64,000 nucleotides of DNA from an uncultured Acidimicrobiia bacterium (lineage in GTDB: Bacteria > Actinomycetota > Acidimicrobiia > Acidimicrobiales > AC-14): positions 1 to 64,000 of the forward strand of contig CAWIIV010000020.1 in the NCBI GenBank assembly GCA_963836205.1, given 5' to 3'. The notes below the pieces were generated by a model. The model searched no databases and was not told the DNA's origin. It saw only the letters and a program-made list of their open reading frames with translations. Every line of letters begins with the position of its first letter. The first letter of the stretch is position 1. Positions 1-9,851 of the stretch are shown here, piece after piece. The translations under genes were made by a program, and so were the position numbers.

Positions 1-1165
1 GCGGATGCCAGCAAGCCGCCGACGGCCGCGCCCAGCGGTTGGCCACCCCAGGCGATCATGCGCCCCACGACGTTGACTCGGCCCTGGAGGGCGTCCGGTG
101 TCACCTGCTGGCGGTAGGCGATGCCGTTGATGATGGCCAGCTGGCAGGCGCCCAGAAAGCCGAGGTAGGCGACCACGGCCAGCTCGAATCGGGAGATCCC
201 CGCCAAGGCCACCATGCAGGCCCACGCCCCACCCAGGCAGGCCAGGCTGATCCGGGAAACCGGCACCCGCGCGCCGGAGCCGGGGGAAGCCGGCACTGGC
301 CAGGAGGGCGCCCGCGACCCGGCGCTGAAGAGCAGGCCGATGCGCCAGTCGTCCTTCCCCAGGCCCAAGTCCTCGACGCCGTACACGACGAGAAGTCCGA
401 GGGTGGCGCCCAGGCTCGTGCTGAGGCCGGTGCCGAGCAGGGTCAGGGCCCGGACCAGCCGATGCTCCCAGAGCCAGCGCAGCCCTTCGCCGATCTCGGC
501 CCGGATGGGTCGGCGGGCGGGCCGGGGCGATGGGCCGTGGAAGGGGCGGCGCACGCCGAGCAGCGGCCCGCGCCGGAGACGACGTAGCTGGCGGCGTCGA
601 CGGTCATGGCCGTGGCCGGCCCGATGGCGGTCGCCAGCACGCCGCCGATCGTGGGCCCGACGATGTAGGCGACGCCCTCGGCGGACTGGAGGGCGCTGGT
701 GGCGGCCACCAGCCGGTCTCGACCGACGAGGGCGGGTAGGGCGCCGAAATTGGCCGCGTCGAACCACACGAAGCTGGTGGCGGTGCCCAGGGCCACCAGG
801 TAGATGTGGGGAAGGGTCAGGGCGTCGAAGGCGGCCGCCGCCGGCACGCTGGCGACCAGGGCGGCGCTGGCCAGCTCGCAGCCCACCATGAGGCGGCGGC
901 GGTCCGAACGGTCGGCCACCGCCCCCGCCACCAGGCCGAGGAGCAGGTAGGGCAGGGCGGCGAAGGCGACGACGAGGGACGTCTGGGCGGGCGAACCTGT
1001 CCTCTCGAAGACGAGGATGGGCAGGAGGACCGAGCTCACCGTCGTCCCGGTGACGGTGACCGTGTGGGCCAGCCAGAACCGGACGAACGGCCCGTCCCCC
1101 CGCAGATCGGGGATCTGGACATGGCGCCGGATTGGCGCGCTCTCACCTTCTGGGCTCTCTTGCAT
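1..1165 (-). CDS. MFS transporter (H+ antiporter-like); frameshifted, runs off window start
   Basis: Motif GAVADRSDRRRLMV and multiple TM helices. After a frameshift near 575 it continues as EIGEGLRWLWEHRLVR...RQQVTPDALQGRVN. Further compensating indels near 270-320. Confidence 0.85.
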
Positions 1166-1176
1166 GCTGGTAGCAG
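1160..1176. promoter_or_regulatory. Nur-box-like site (TTGCAT-N5-TAGCAG) in the divergent MFS/SBP promoter
   Basis: 3 mismatches to the recalled Streptomyces Nur consensus tTGCaa-N5-ttGCAA. Confidence 0.4.
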
Positions 1177-1236
1177 GAACTCTAACGTTCGGCCCTGATC
1201 GTCCCGGGGGGCGACAGAACACGAGGGGATGACTCA

Positions 1237-2292
1237 ATGGCAGGTCGATACAAGGCCGCCGCCGCGCTGGCGGTGGGCGCACTGCTGCTCGCCGGCTGCG
1301 GCAGCTCCGACGACGAGACGACCTCCGGGTCGGACACCACCACCACCGGGGCCACGACGACAGCGGCCCTGGCCGGCTTCCCGCTCACCATCACCAACTG
1401 CGGCCAGACCCAGACGTTCCAGAAGCCGCCATCACGCGTCGCATCTATGGACTCGCTCTCCACCGAGATCATGCTCCATCTCGGGCTGGGGAAGGCCGTG
1501 GTCGGTCACTCCCACCCGATACCGAAGCCGTTCGACGGCGGTGCCGGGATCCCCAGCGTCGCCACCGCCTACACGGCGCTGCCCGTGATCTCCGAGGAGT
1601 ACCCCTCGCTCGAGATCCTGCTCAACGCCAGCCCCGACCTGGTCACCGGCAACTCCGACTCCTACACCTTCGGGCCCACAACCGCCGGCGGCACCGGCTT
1701 CGTGCGCACCGAGCTGGCGCCCCAGGGCATCGCCGGCTACACGTTCCTGTGCAAGGGGGAGAAGGCGACCAACGACCTGCTGTTCTCCCGCTACGAGGAG
1801 TTCGGCAAGCTGTTCGGGAAGGGGGCCGAGGCCAAGGCCCTGCTCGACAAGGTGCGCACCTCGCAGGCCGCGACCCAGGCGGTGCTGGTCGGGGCGGCGC
1901 CGGTGCGCACGTTCTTCTACGAGCAGGGCGCCGGACCCCTCGGCACCTACGGTGGCGGAGGGCAGTTCGACAGCGGCCTCCAGCAGGCGGGTGGAAAGGG
2001 GATCTTCGACGACGTGCCGTCGTTCCCGACGCCCCAGGTCAGCGCCGAGCAGGTCATCGAGCGCAACCCCGACGCCATCCTCATCGTGGATGCCGGCATC
2101 TTCGACTCGAGCGGCCTGAGCGCGGACGCCAAGAAGCAGTTCCTGGTCGACACCCTCGGGACGTCGGTGAACGCGGTGCGTGACGACCGCTTCTGCTACA
2201 CGGACTTCGACGGCTTCAGCACGCTCCCCCGGACCGCATCCACGGTCGCCGCGGTCGCCGCCTGCCTGCACCCCGAGCTGAAGTTCAACTAG
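1237..2292 (+). CDS. ABC transporter substrate-binding lipoprotein (siderophore/cobalamin/metal-chelate class III)
   Basis: Lipobox LAGC, Thr-rich linker, FPLTITNCG, PSLEILL, VSAEQVIERNPDAILI; followed by FecCD and ATPase. Confidence 0.9.
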   Translation: MAGRYKAAAALAVGALLLAGCGSSDDETTSGSDTTTTGATTTAALAGFPLTITNCGQTQTFQKPPSRVASMDSLSTEIMLHLGLGKAVVGHSHPIPKPFDGGAGIPSVATAYTALPVISEEYPSLEILLNASPDLVTGNSDSYTFGPTTAGGTGFVRTELAPQGIAGYTFLCKGEKATNDLLFSRYEEFGKLFGKGAEAKALLDKVRTSQAATQAVLVGAAPVRTFFYEQGAGPLGTYGGGGQFDSGLQQAGGKGIFDDVPSFPTPQVSAEQVIERNPDAILIVDAGIFDSSGLSADAKKQFLVDTLGTSVNAVRDDRFCYTDFDGFSTLPRTASTVAAVAACLHPELKFN

Positions 2293-2294
2293 CC

Positions 2295-3434
2295 GTGGCC
2301 GTCGAGTCGGAGGTGGCCGGCTCCGACATCGCCACCGCCCCTCCCACCCCCGCCCCTGCTCGCACCCGCACCCGGGCCCAGAGGGACCGGCGCCGGTTCC
2401 GGGTCGTCCTCGGCGCGATGACGGGCGGGTTGCTGCTCACCGTCACCGCCGGTGTCAGCATCGGCGCGGTCTCGATCGCGCCCCGCCACGTCTGGGGCAT
2501 CGTGGCCCACCACGTCCTCCCCCAGGTCTTCTCCGAGGGGGACTGGACCCCCGCCCACGAGCAGATCGTGTGGACCCTGCGTCTTCCCCGGGTGCTGCTG
2601 GGGGCGCTGGTGGGTGGGGGCCTGGCCGTGGTGGGCACGGCCCTGCAGGCCCTGGTGCGCAATCCGCTGGCCGACCCCTACGTGTTCGGCATCACGTCCG
2701 GGGCCTCGGTGGGGGCCACCTGCGTGCTCGTGTTCGGGATCGGCACCTTCGGCCAGTTCACGACGTCGGTGGCCGCGTTCCTCGGCGCGGTGGTGGCCTT
2801 CTCGCTGGTCCTCATCCTCGCCCGCCTGGGGGGCGGGCTGTCGCCGGCCCGGCTCATCCTGGCCGGCGTCTCGGTGGCCTACACGATGTCGGCCCTCACC
2901 AGCTTCCTCGTCTTCCTCGCTCGGGACGCCAGCGACAACGGTGTGGCCCAGGCGGTGCTCTTCTGGCTTCTCGGCAGCCTGGGGGCGGCCCGCTGGAACC
3001 AGCTGGCCATCCCCGCGGTCGCGGTCCTCGCGGGGACCGCTCTCCTGATGCTCCAGGCCCGCTCGCTCAACGCTCTCCTCGTGGGCGACGAGACCGCGGC
3101 CACCCTCGGCATCGACCTGCGCAAGTTCCGCAAGCAGCTGTTCGTGCTCTCCGCCCTGCTCATCGGCGTGGTCGTGTCGGTCGCCGGCGGGATCGGCTTC
3201 ATCGGCCTCATGGTGCCCCACACCGTGCGCATGCTGGTCGGGTCCGACCACCGCCGGGTGTTGCCGGTGGCCATGCTGCTCGGGGCCGGCTTCATGATCT
3301 GGGCCGACGTCCTGGCCCGGACGGTGGTCAGCCCGCTGGAGCTGCCCATCGGCATCGTCACCGCCCTGTTCGGGACGCCCTTCTTCGTCCTCATCATGCG
3401 CCAGCGGGGCCGGGCGGCCAGGTACAGCCGGTGA
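2295..3434 (+). CDS. FecCD-family ABC permease
   Basis: LRLPRVLLG, RNPLADP, GFIGLMVPH, LPIGIVTALFGTPFF. Confidence 0.95.
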   Translation: MAVESEVAGSDIATAPPTPAPARTRTRAQRDRRRFRVVLGAMTGGLLLTVTAGVSIGAVSIAPRHVWGIVAHHVLPQVFSEGDWTPAHEQIVWTLRLPRVLLGALVGGGLAVVGTALQALVRNPLADPYVFGITSGASVGATCVLVFGIGTFGQFTTSVAAFLGAVVAFSLVLILARLGGGLSPARLILAGVSVAYTMSALTSFLVFLARDASDNGVAQAVLFWLLGSLGAARWNQLAIPAVAVLAGTALLMLQARSLNALLVGDETAATLGIDLRKFRKQLFVLSALLIGVVVSVAGGIGFIGLMVPHTVRMLVGSDHRRVLPVAMLLGAGFMIWADVLARTVVSPLELPIGIVTALFGTPFFVLIMRQRGRAARYSR

Positions 3435-4240
3435 AACTGGAGGCGGCGGGGGTCACCGTGGTGCTCGACGGGCACACGATCGTGTCGTCGGCCACCCTCG
3501 AGGTGGGCGAGGGCGAGGTCGTCGGGCTGGTGGGACCCAACGGGAGCGGGAAGTCGACGCTGCTGCGCTGCGTCTACCGAGTACTGCGGCCCCACGCCGG
3601 CCTGGTGAGCATCGACGGTGACGACGTGTGGGGGCTGGCCCCGCGCGCCGCCGCCCGGCGGACCGCGGTCGTCGTCCAGGAGCCACCCAGCGACTTCGAC
3701 TTCGCCGTCCGGGACATGGTGATGATGGGCCGGTCGCCCCACCTCGGGATGCTGGAGCGGGGCACGGAGACCGACGACCGCATCGTGGACGAAGCCCTCG
3801 ACCGGGTGGGGGCGTCCGCCTTCGCCGACCGGGGCTTCCTCACCCTCTCCGGTGGCGAGAAGCAGCGGGTGCTGCTGGCCCGCGCCCTGGCCCAGCAGTC
3901 ACGACTGCTGGTGCTGGACGAGCCCACCAACCACCTCGACATCCTTCACCAGCTGGAGGTCCTCGAACTGGTGCGGGGCCTGGGCGTCGCCACCCTGGCC
4001 GCCCTCCACGACCTCAACCTGGCGGCCTGCTACTGCGACCGGGTCTACGTCCTGGCCGGAGGGGGGGTTGTGGCATCGGGTCCGCCGGAGGAGGTGCTGA
4101 CGCCCGAGCTCGTCCGGGCCGTCTTCGGTGTGGGTGCAGTCCGGTCCGTCCACCCGGTGACGGGCAAGGCCCAACTCGCCTTCTACTCCCCGTCGCGGGC
4201 TACGGCGACGGGAACAGACGCTGCATCCAGAGGGAGCTGA
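3431..4240 (+). CDS. FecE/BtuD-type ABC ATPase
   Basis: GPNGSGKS, LSGGEKQR, DEPTNHLD, LHDLN; GTGA overlap with permease stop. Confidence 0.95.
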   Translation: MKLEAAGVTVVLDGHTIVSSATLEVGEGEVVGLVGPNGSGKSTLLRCVYRVLRPHAGLVSIDGDDVWGLAPRAAARRTAVVVQEPPSDFDFAVRDMVMMGRSPHLGMLERGTETDDRIVDEALDRVGASAFADRGFLTLSGGEKQRVLLARALAQQSRLLVLDEPTNHLDILHQLEVLELVRGLGVATLAALHDLNLAACYCDRVYVLAGGGVVASGPPEEVLTPELVRAVFGVGAVRSVHPVTGKAQLAFYSPSRATATGTDAASRGS

Positions 4241-4703
4241 TGTACTCGCCGTGCTTGGTCGCGTACTCCTCGAAGATCCCCACCTCGGTGAAGCCGAACT
4301 TGCGGTGGAGGGCGACCGAAGCGTCGTTGGGGAGAGCGATGCCGGCCAAGGCGGTGTGGACCGGCTCACCCGCCAGGCGGTCGAACAGGGCCCGGTACAG
4401 GCGGGTGCCGATGCCCCGGCCCCGCCAGTCGTGGTGGAGTGAGATGCCGACCTCGACCGTCTCGACGAACGCCTCGAGTTCGCGGTAGCGGCCGCTGGAC
4501 GCGTGACCGATCGTCAGCCCGTCGTGGCGGGCGACGAGGAGGCGGTGGGGGCCGGACGTCGAGAACCCTCCGAACCAGGCGAGCCGGTCCTCGACGGAGA
4601 CGGGACGGTTGTGGAAGCTCGCGTTCGACGTGGCCACGGAGTGGTTGGCGATGGCGACGAGCGCGGGGAGGTCGTCGATCGTCCCCTCGTCGATGGTGAT
4701 CAG
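4200..4703 (-). CDS. GNAT N-acetyltransferase (phosphinothricin/YncA-like); probable CTG start
   Basis: RGRGIGTRLY and ALPNDASVALHRKFGF. The in-frame N-terminus ITIDEGTIDDLPALVAI follows GGAGGAGG-aagc-CTG. Confidence 0.85.
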   Translation of the reverse strand: MITIDEGTIDDLPALVAIANHSVATSNASFHNRPVSVEDRLAWFGGFSTSGPHRLLVARHDGLTIGHASSGRYRELEAFVETVEVGISLHHDWRGRGIGTRLYRALFDRLAGEPVHTALAGIALPNDASVALHRKFGFTEVGIFEEYATKHGEYISSLWMQRLFPSP

Positions 4704-4833
4704 GCTTCCTCCTCCGCGTCGAGCGACCCCAAGTCGGCCCGCCGCGCAGCACCGTCATCCAGTCGGTCCGACCCAAATCTAGAGCGAGCAGGTCGCGTCA
4801 GCCACAGCATCTGTGGAGCTGATGCAGGCAAGG

Positions 4834-4857
4834 GTTATAGCGATCGATCGCTATAAC
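4834..4857. promoter_or_regulatory. Perfect 24-bp palindrome GTTATAGCGATCGATCGCTATAAC, candidate operator
   Basis: Exact inverted repeat, AT-rich relative to background, 17 bp upstream of the Fur-family gene. Confidence 0.6.
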
Positions 4858-4874
4858 GGAGTTAGGATGTTCCC

Positions 4875-5318
4875 ATGCCTACTCTTGCTTCCACCGACCC
4901 GCGTCTGGCCGAGATCCTCGACATGCTGCGGGAGCGCGGCGGTCGCATCACCACGCCCCGCAGGGCGATCATCAGTGCCCTGCTGAAGTCCGGCGGCCAC
5001 ATCACGGCCGACGAGCTGACCAGCCAGATCCAGGCCGACTACCCCGACGTCCACCTGTCCACGATCTACCGCTGCCTGGAGACCCTCGAGGAGCTGGCGG
5101 TCGTCGACCACATCCACCTTGGGCACGGTCGGGCCATCTACCACCTCGCCGACGAGGCCCACCAACACCTGATGTGCGAGGTCTGCGGCGCCGTCATCGA
5201 GGTCCCCGACGCTCTGTTCGCCAGCCTGGGCAAGCGGCTGCAGGCCGACTACGGCTTCGCCATCCGGCCCCGGCACTTCGCCCTCCTCGGCCGCTGCGCC
5301 GACTGCCAGGCATCCTGA
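4875..5318 (+). CDS. nur: Fur-family regulator, Nur-like (nickel uptake regulator)
   Basis: STIYRCL, HIHLGHG (Nur signature HxHLGHG), HQHLMCEVC, RHFALLGRCADC. Confidence 0.8.
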   Translation: MPTLASTDPRLAEILDMLRERGGRITTPRRAIISALLKSGGHITADELTSQIQADYPDVHLSTIYRCLETLEELAVVDHIHLGHGRAIYHLADEAHQHLMCEVCGAVIEVPDALFASLGKRLQADYGFAIRPRHFALLGRCADCQAS

Positions 5319-5397
5319 CCCCTCGCTCCGACACGCCCCGGGTCAGCCGACCCGGGACCGCCTTGCTATTGCAACCTGTTCGGGTAACAGTGGCAGT

Positions 5398-5844
5398 GTG
5401 CGACGGGTCACGGTAGAGGTCAGCGAGCGCCTGGAGGACGTCCTCGGGTTGTTGCGGACCAACGGCGGACGGGCGACCACTCCCCGGCGGGCCATCATCG
5501 ACGCCCTGCTCCACTCCGACGGCCACGTGACCGCCGATTCGCTCACGGCCGAGATCCAGGTCGACTTCCCCGACGTGCACCTGTCCACCATCTACCGGTG
5601 CCTGTCGACGTTGCAGCAGCTGGGCGTGGTCGAGCAGATCCACATCGGCCATGGCCGCGCCGTCTACCACCTCACCGACGAGCCCCATCAGCACCTCCTG
5701 TGCGAGGGCTGCGCCCGCGTCATCGAGGTGCCGGACGAGGTGTTCGCCGACCTCATCGACGAGGTCGGGACGGACTACCGGTTCGCCCTCCGGCTCCGGT
5801 GCTTCGCCCTCATCGGGCGCTGCGCGGGTTGCTCCGGCGACTGA
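5398..5844 (+). CDS. Second Fur-family (Nur-like) paralog with altered metal-site residues
   Basis: STIYRCL, QIHIGHG, HQHLLCEGC, RCFALIGRCAGC; collinear with the upstream paralog. Confidence 0.85.
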   Translation: MRRVTVEVSERLEDVLGLLRTNGGRATTPRRAIIDALLHSDGHVTADSLTAEIQVDFPDVHLSTIYRCLSTLQQLGVVEQIHIGHGRAVYHLTDEPHQHLLCEGCARVIEVPDEVFADLIDEVGTDYRFALRLRCFALIGRCAGCSGD

Positions 5845-5898
5845 CCGCTCCGCCCTGGCGACGGCCGCTGGCCGACCCCCGGGGCCCGCCCGCGGCCG

Positions 5899-6351
5899 TC
5901 ACTCAGGTCGACCGGCTGGTTCCCGGAGCCGGAGGTCCGCCGGGGGCGCCCATCGTTCCGCCGCTCGATGGCGCGCTCGCCAGCTCGAGCCGTCCGCCGC
6001 CCCCTCCGGGCCGTGGTGACGGCCGGCGGAGGGCCGCCGTCCGGCTGCCCAACCGGGACCGATGCCGGCCCTCGCCGCCACGAGCGCCTCGACCTCGGTC
6101 GCGTCGAACACGCTGGTCCGGCCCGAGGACGCCTGGTGGCTGCGGAGGAGGTCGTGGCTCACATAGCTGTACAGCGTCGGAAGGCGGACCCCGAGCCGGG
6201 ATGCGGCATCGGGGGCGCTGAGCCAACCCGGTCCCGGTGTCCGGCCGTCGGAGGGCGACGCGGGTAGGGCGGCGGCCGGCCCGGGGCGGAGCCGTTCGTC
6301 CGCGGTCGACCGACCAACTGTGTCGGTGGCCGATGACGGTCGAGCGGGCAC
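5899..6351 (-). pseudogene. Isolated MerR/excisionase-like HTH of the type found N-terminal on citrate-synthase-like regulators; probable remnant
   Basis: WLSAPDAASRLGVRLPTLYSYVS...FDATEVEAL, with no downstream domain. Confidence 0.5.
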
Positions 6352-6369
6352 AGGGAGAACCTAGCTATT

Positions 6370-6411
6370 CTGCGACCAGCTCGCAACAGATTTCTTGCGA
6401 CGGACTTGCGC
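6370..6411. promoter_or_regulatory. Two tandem Nur-box-like sites (CTGCGA-N5-TCGCAA; TTGCGA-N5-TTGCGC)
   Basis: 6-5-6 architecture about 100-140 bp upstream of the SBP operon start. Confidence 0.5.
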
Positions 6412-6510
6412 TTAGCGAATCTCGCGGCGTCGTTGGACGTGCGGTCGCCACCCGGCATCTGGTTGACTACTGCGACCAGGTCTGATCAAAAGGGTGAGGT
6501 CCGGACAGCG

Positions 6511-7581
6511 ATGAGACGAGATGTGCGTGCGGGGATCGCTGGGCTCTTCCTGCTGAGCCTGGTGTTGGCCGCCTGCGGCGATGATGGCGAGGACGCGGGC
6601 ACCACGGCGACGACGGCCGCGGTTCTGGGAGGGGCGGGCCGCACCGCGTACCCGCTCACCATCACCAACTGCGGTTCGACGGAGACGTTCGCCCAAGCCC
6701 CCCGGACGGTGCTGACCGAGGGCGCGCCGCCGATGACCGCGCTGCTCGTCCAGCTCGGGCTGAAGGACCGCATCGTGAAGACGACCGTCTTCTCCACCCG
6801 CAGTGACATCCCCGGCATGACCGCCGAGCTCGAGTCGCTTCCCCGGGTCGTGGTCGAGAACCTGGGCCTCTCCCGGGAGGAGGCGATCGCCCTCAAGCCC
6901 GACCTGATCGTCGGCGGGCAGGAGAGCTACTTCCAGGCGAAGCGGGGTTTCGCCCTGCGGTCCGAGCTCCACGCGGCGGGTATCCAGGCCTACGCCCCCG
7001 CCTACTTCTGCGCCAACAACGTCGACAACCCGACGCCCGAGGCGGTGGCGGCCCGCAAGAACGCAGGGATCGAGGAGCACCTCCAGACCATCATCGAGCT
7101 GGGCCGCATCTTCGACGTCAACGACCGGGCCGCCAACCTCGTGGCCGAGATCCGCCAGACGATCGCCGACACCGAGGCCAAGGTCGGGAGCCTCCCGCCC
7201 AAGCGGGTGACGTTCACCGACCCGTCCATCGCCGACGAGACCAAGAGCGGGGGGGCGTTCTACGTGTACGGCGGCAAGGTGGTCGACGAGCTGCTGGCCG
7301 CCACCGGCGGCACCAACGTGTGGTCCGACCAGGAGGGCTTCGCCACGATAACCAAGGAGGCGGCCACCGTGCGCCCGGCGGACGTCGTGATCTTTGGCCT
7401 CTACGAGGGCTCGCCGAACCCCCAGCAGGTGACGGCCTATGTCCAGGCCACCTATCCCTCCTGGCCCGCGGCCGCCAGCGGCTCGGTCGTGCAGGTCGAC
7501 AGCACGGTGAACCTGCAGATCACCCATCCGGTCAACTTCACCCTCCTGGCCCAGGCCCTCCACCCGGAGGCGTTCTCGTAA
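6511..7581 (+). CDS. ABC substrate-binding lipoprotein
   Basis: Lipobox LAAC, YPLTITNCG, LSREEAIALKPDLIV. Confidence 0.9.
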   Translation: MRRDVRAGIAGLFLLSLVLAACGDDGEDAGTTATTAAVLGGAGRTAYPLTITNCGSTETFAQAPRTVLTEGAPPMTALLVQLGLKDRIVKTTVFSTRSDIPGMTAELESLPRVVVENLGLSREEAIALKPDLIVGGQESYFQAKRGFALRSELHAAGIQAYAPAYFCANNVDNPTPEAVAARKNAGIEEHLQTIIELGRIFDVNDRAANLVAEIRQTIADTEAKVGSLPPKRVTFTDPSIADETKSGGAFYVYGGKVVDELLAATGGTNVWSDQEGFATITKEAATVRPADVVIFGLYEGSPNPQQVTAYVQATYPSWPAAASGSVVQVDSTVNLQITHPVNFTLLAQALHPEAFS

Positions 7582-7668
7582 GCTCTCAGCTCCTAGGTGG
7601 AGTCAGGTGCTAGCACGTAACCGTTGCGAGATGGCCGGAACAGACGGTTCGGGAGGTAGGCAGCCAGG

Positions 7669-8757
7669 ATGGGGATGCGGTCGCGGCGGGTGCGGGCTGG
7701 TGTGGCGGGAGCGTGCGCCCTGGGTCTGGTGCTCGGCGCTTGCGGCGAGGACGGCGGTGACGGCGAGGCGACGGCCACGACGACGGCGGGGGCTGCGACG
7801 ACCGGTTTCACCGGCCCTACGACCTACCCGCTCACCATCGACAACTGCGAGTCGAAGGAGACCTTTACCCGGGCGCCGCGGACGGTGCTCACCGAGGGGG
7901 CTCCGCAGAACACGGCCCTGTTGATCGAGCTCGGGCTGAAGGACCGGATCGTGAAGACGACGATCTACTCCACCCGCAGTGACATCCCGGGCATGCCCGC
8001 CCAGCTCAAGACGCTGAACCGGGTCACGGTCGAGGGCAACGGCCTGCCCCGTGAGGAGATGATCGCCCTCGAGCCCGACCTGGTCGTGGCCGGGTTCGAC
8101 TCCTACTTCCAGTCCACGGAGGGCTTCGCCACCCGGGACGAGCTCCACGCCGCCGGCATCAACGCCTATGCCCCCGCCTATTTCTGCGCCGAGTTCAAGG
8201 AGAACCCGTCGGCCGCCGAGGTGGTGGCGCGCAAGAACGCGGGGATCGATGCGCACCTGCAGACGATCATCGAGCTGGGCCAGATCTTCGACGTGAACGA
8301 CCGGGCCGCGGCCCTCGTGGCCGAGATCCGCCAGACCATCGCCGACACCCGGGCCAAGGTGGCCGGCCTCCCCCTCAAGCGGATGACAATCACCGATCCG
8401 TCGATCGCCGACGAGACGATGAGCGGGGGCGTGATCTACGTCTACGGCGGCAAGATCCTCGACGAGCTCCTGGCCGTCGCCGGTGGGACCAACGTCTGGG
8501 CCGACGGGGACGACTTCCAGTCGGTGTCGAAGGAGGACGCCACCGCCCGGCCCGCCGATGTCGTCGTCTACGGCGAGTACGACGGGGCGCCGCCGCCGGA
8601 ACAGGTACTGGCCTTCGTGAAGGCGACCTTCCCTTCGTGGCCGGCGGCGCAGACGGGTTCGGTCGTGCAGATCGACGACACCGTCACCCTCCAGGTCACC
8701 CACCCGGGGCTGACCACGCTGATGGCCAAGGCCCTGCACCCGGAGGCGTTCTCGTAA
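7669..8757 (+). CDS. ABC substrate-binding lipoprotein, tandem paralog of 6511-7581
   Basis: Lipobox LGAC, YPLTIDNC; long shared segments (LGLKDRIVKTT, AYAPAYFCA, ALHPEAFS). Confidence 0.9.
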   Translation: MGMRSRRVRAGVAGACALGLVLGACGEDGGDGEATATTTAGAATTGFTGPTTYPLTIDNCESKETFTRAPRTVLTEGAPQNTALLIELGLKDRIVKTTIYSTRSDIPGMPAQLKTLNRVTVEGNGLPREEMIALEPDLVVAGFDSYFQSTEGFATRDELHAAGINAYAPAYFCAEFKENPSAAEVVARKNAGIDAHLQTIIELGQIFDVNDRAAALVAEIRQTIADTRAKVAGLPLKRMTITDPSIADETMSGGVIYVYGGKILDELLAVAGGTNVWADGDDFQSVSKEDATARPADVVVYGEYDGAPPPEQVLAFVKATFPSWPAAQTGSVVQIDDTVTLQVTHPGLTTLMAKALHPEAFS

Positions 8758-8783
8758 CCGGCACGGCCCTGCGCCCGAAGCCG

Positions 8784-9851
8784 GTGGACGACCTCTCTGG
8801 GTCCCCACCCAGTCCCCACCGGATCCACGGGATCTGGTACGTGGCGACCCTGTGCGGCCTGGGGGCGAGCGCGGTCCTGGCCGTCATGCTCGCCATCGGC
8901 ATCGGGACGGTTCACTTCTCCCTGGGCACGGTCGCCGGGGTCGTCGTCGACCGCCTGCTCGGACGCCCGCCCCGGCCCGGGGTGGCCGACCAGATCGTGT
9001 GGCAGTTCCGCACCCCCCGGGCGTTGCTGGCGGCCCTGGCCGGGGCGGGTCTGGCCGTCAGCGGCACCATGCTCCAGGCGGTGGTGCGCAACCCGCTGGC
9101 CGATCCCTACGTGCTCGGGCTGAGCCAGGGAGCGGGGCTCGGGGCCACCGCCGTCATCGTCCTCGGGCCGGCGGCGCTGGGCGGGCTGGGAGTGAGCGCG
9201 GCGGCCTTCCTCGGCGCCATGGCCAGCCTGCTGGCGGTCGTGGTCCTCGGCCAGCGGGCGGGCGCCTTCGTGCCCACCCGGCTGGTGTTGGCGGGCGTGG
9301 CCGTGGGCTACCTCCTGTCCGCCGCCACCAGCTACCTGCAGTACCAGGCCGACCCCGAGCAACTGCGGTCGGTGGTGTTCTGGCTGCTGGGCAGCGTCGC
9401 CGGGGCCCACTGGCACGACCTGTGGCTGCCTGCCGTCTGCGTGGTGGTGGTCACCGTGTGGGCGATGGCCCAGGGGCGCAAGCTCAACGCCCTCCTGCTG
9501 GGCGAGGAAGCGGCCATCGCCGTCGGCGTGAACATCCACCGGCTCCGCCTGGAGATCCTCGTCGCCAGCGCCCTGCTCACGGGGGCGATCGTCGCCGTCG
9601 CCGGCGGCGTCGGCTTCGTCGGCCTGATCGTCCCCCACGTCGTGCGGATGTTCGTCGGCCCCGACCACCGCAAGGTCCTGCCGGTGGCGGCCCTGCTGGC
9701 GGCCACCTTCCTGGTGATCGTCGACCTGATGGCCCGCACCGTCGCCCCGCCCGGCGACCTCCCCCTGAGCGTGCTCACCGCCGCCGTGGGAGCACCGTTC
9801 TTCATCTGGCTGTTGCGCCGGCCGGAACGGCTGGCGAGGACGGCGACATGA
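8784..9851 (+). CDS. FecCD-family ABC permease
   Basis: FRTPRALLA, RNPLADP, GFVGLIVPH; start uncertain. Confidence 0.93.
   Translation: MDDLSGSPPSPHRIHGIWYVATLCGLGASAVLAVMLAIGIGTVHFSLGTVAGVVVDRLLGRPPRPGVADQIVWQFRTPRALLAALAGAGLAVSGTMLQAVVRNPLADPYVLGLSQGAGLGATAVIVLGPAALGGLGVSAAAFLGAMASLLAVVVLGQRAGAFVPTRLVLAGVAVGYLLSAATSYLQYQADPEQLRSVVFWLLGSVAGAHWHDLWLPAVCVVVVTVWAMAQGRKLNALLLGEEAAIAVGVNIHRLRLEILVASALLTGAIVAVAGGVGFVGLIVPHVVRMFVGPDHRKVLPVAALLAATFLVIVDLMARTVAPPGDLPLSVLTAAVGAPFFIWLLRRPERLARTAT

Noticed and set aside
1165-1237. Cobalamin riboswitch upstream of FecCD-type operons (also 6351-6510)
   Set aside because: No recognisable B12-box or conserved core, and the first leader is too short
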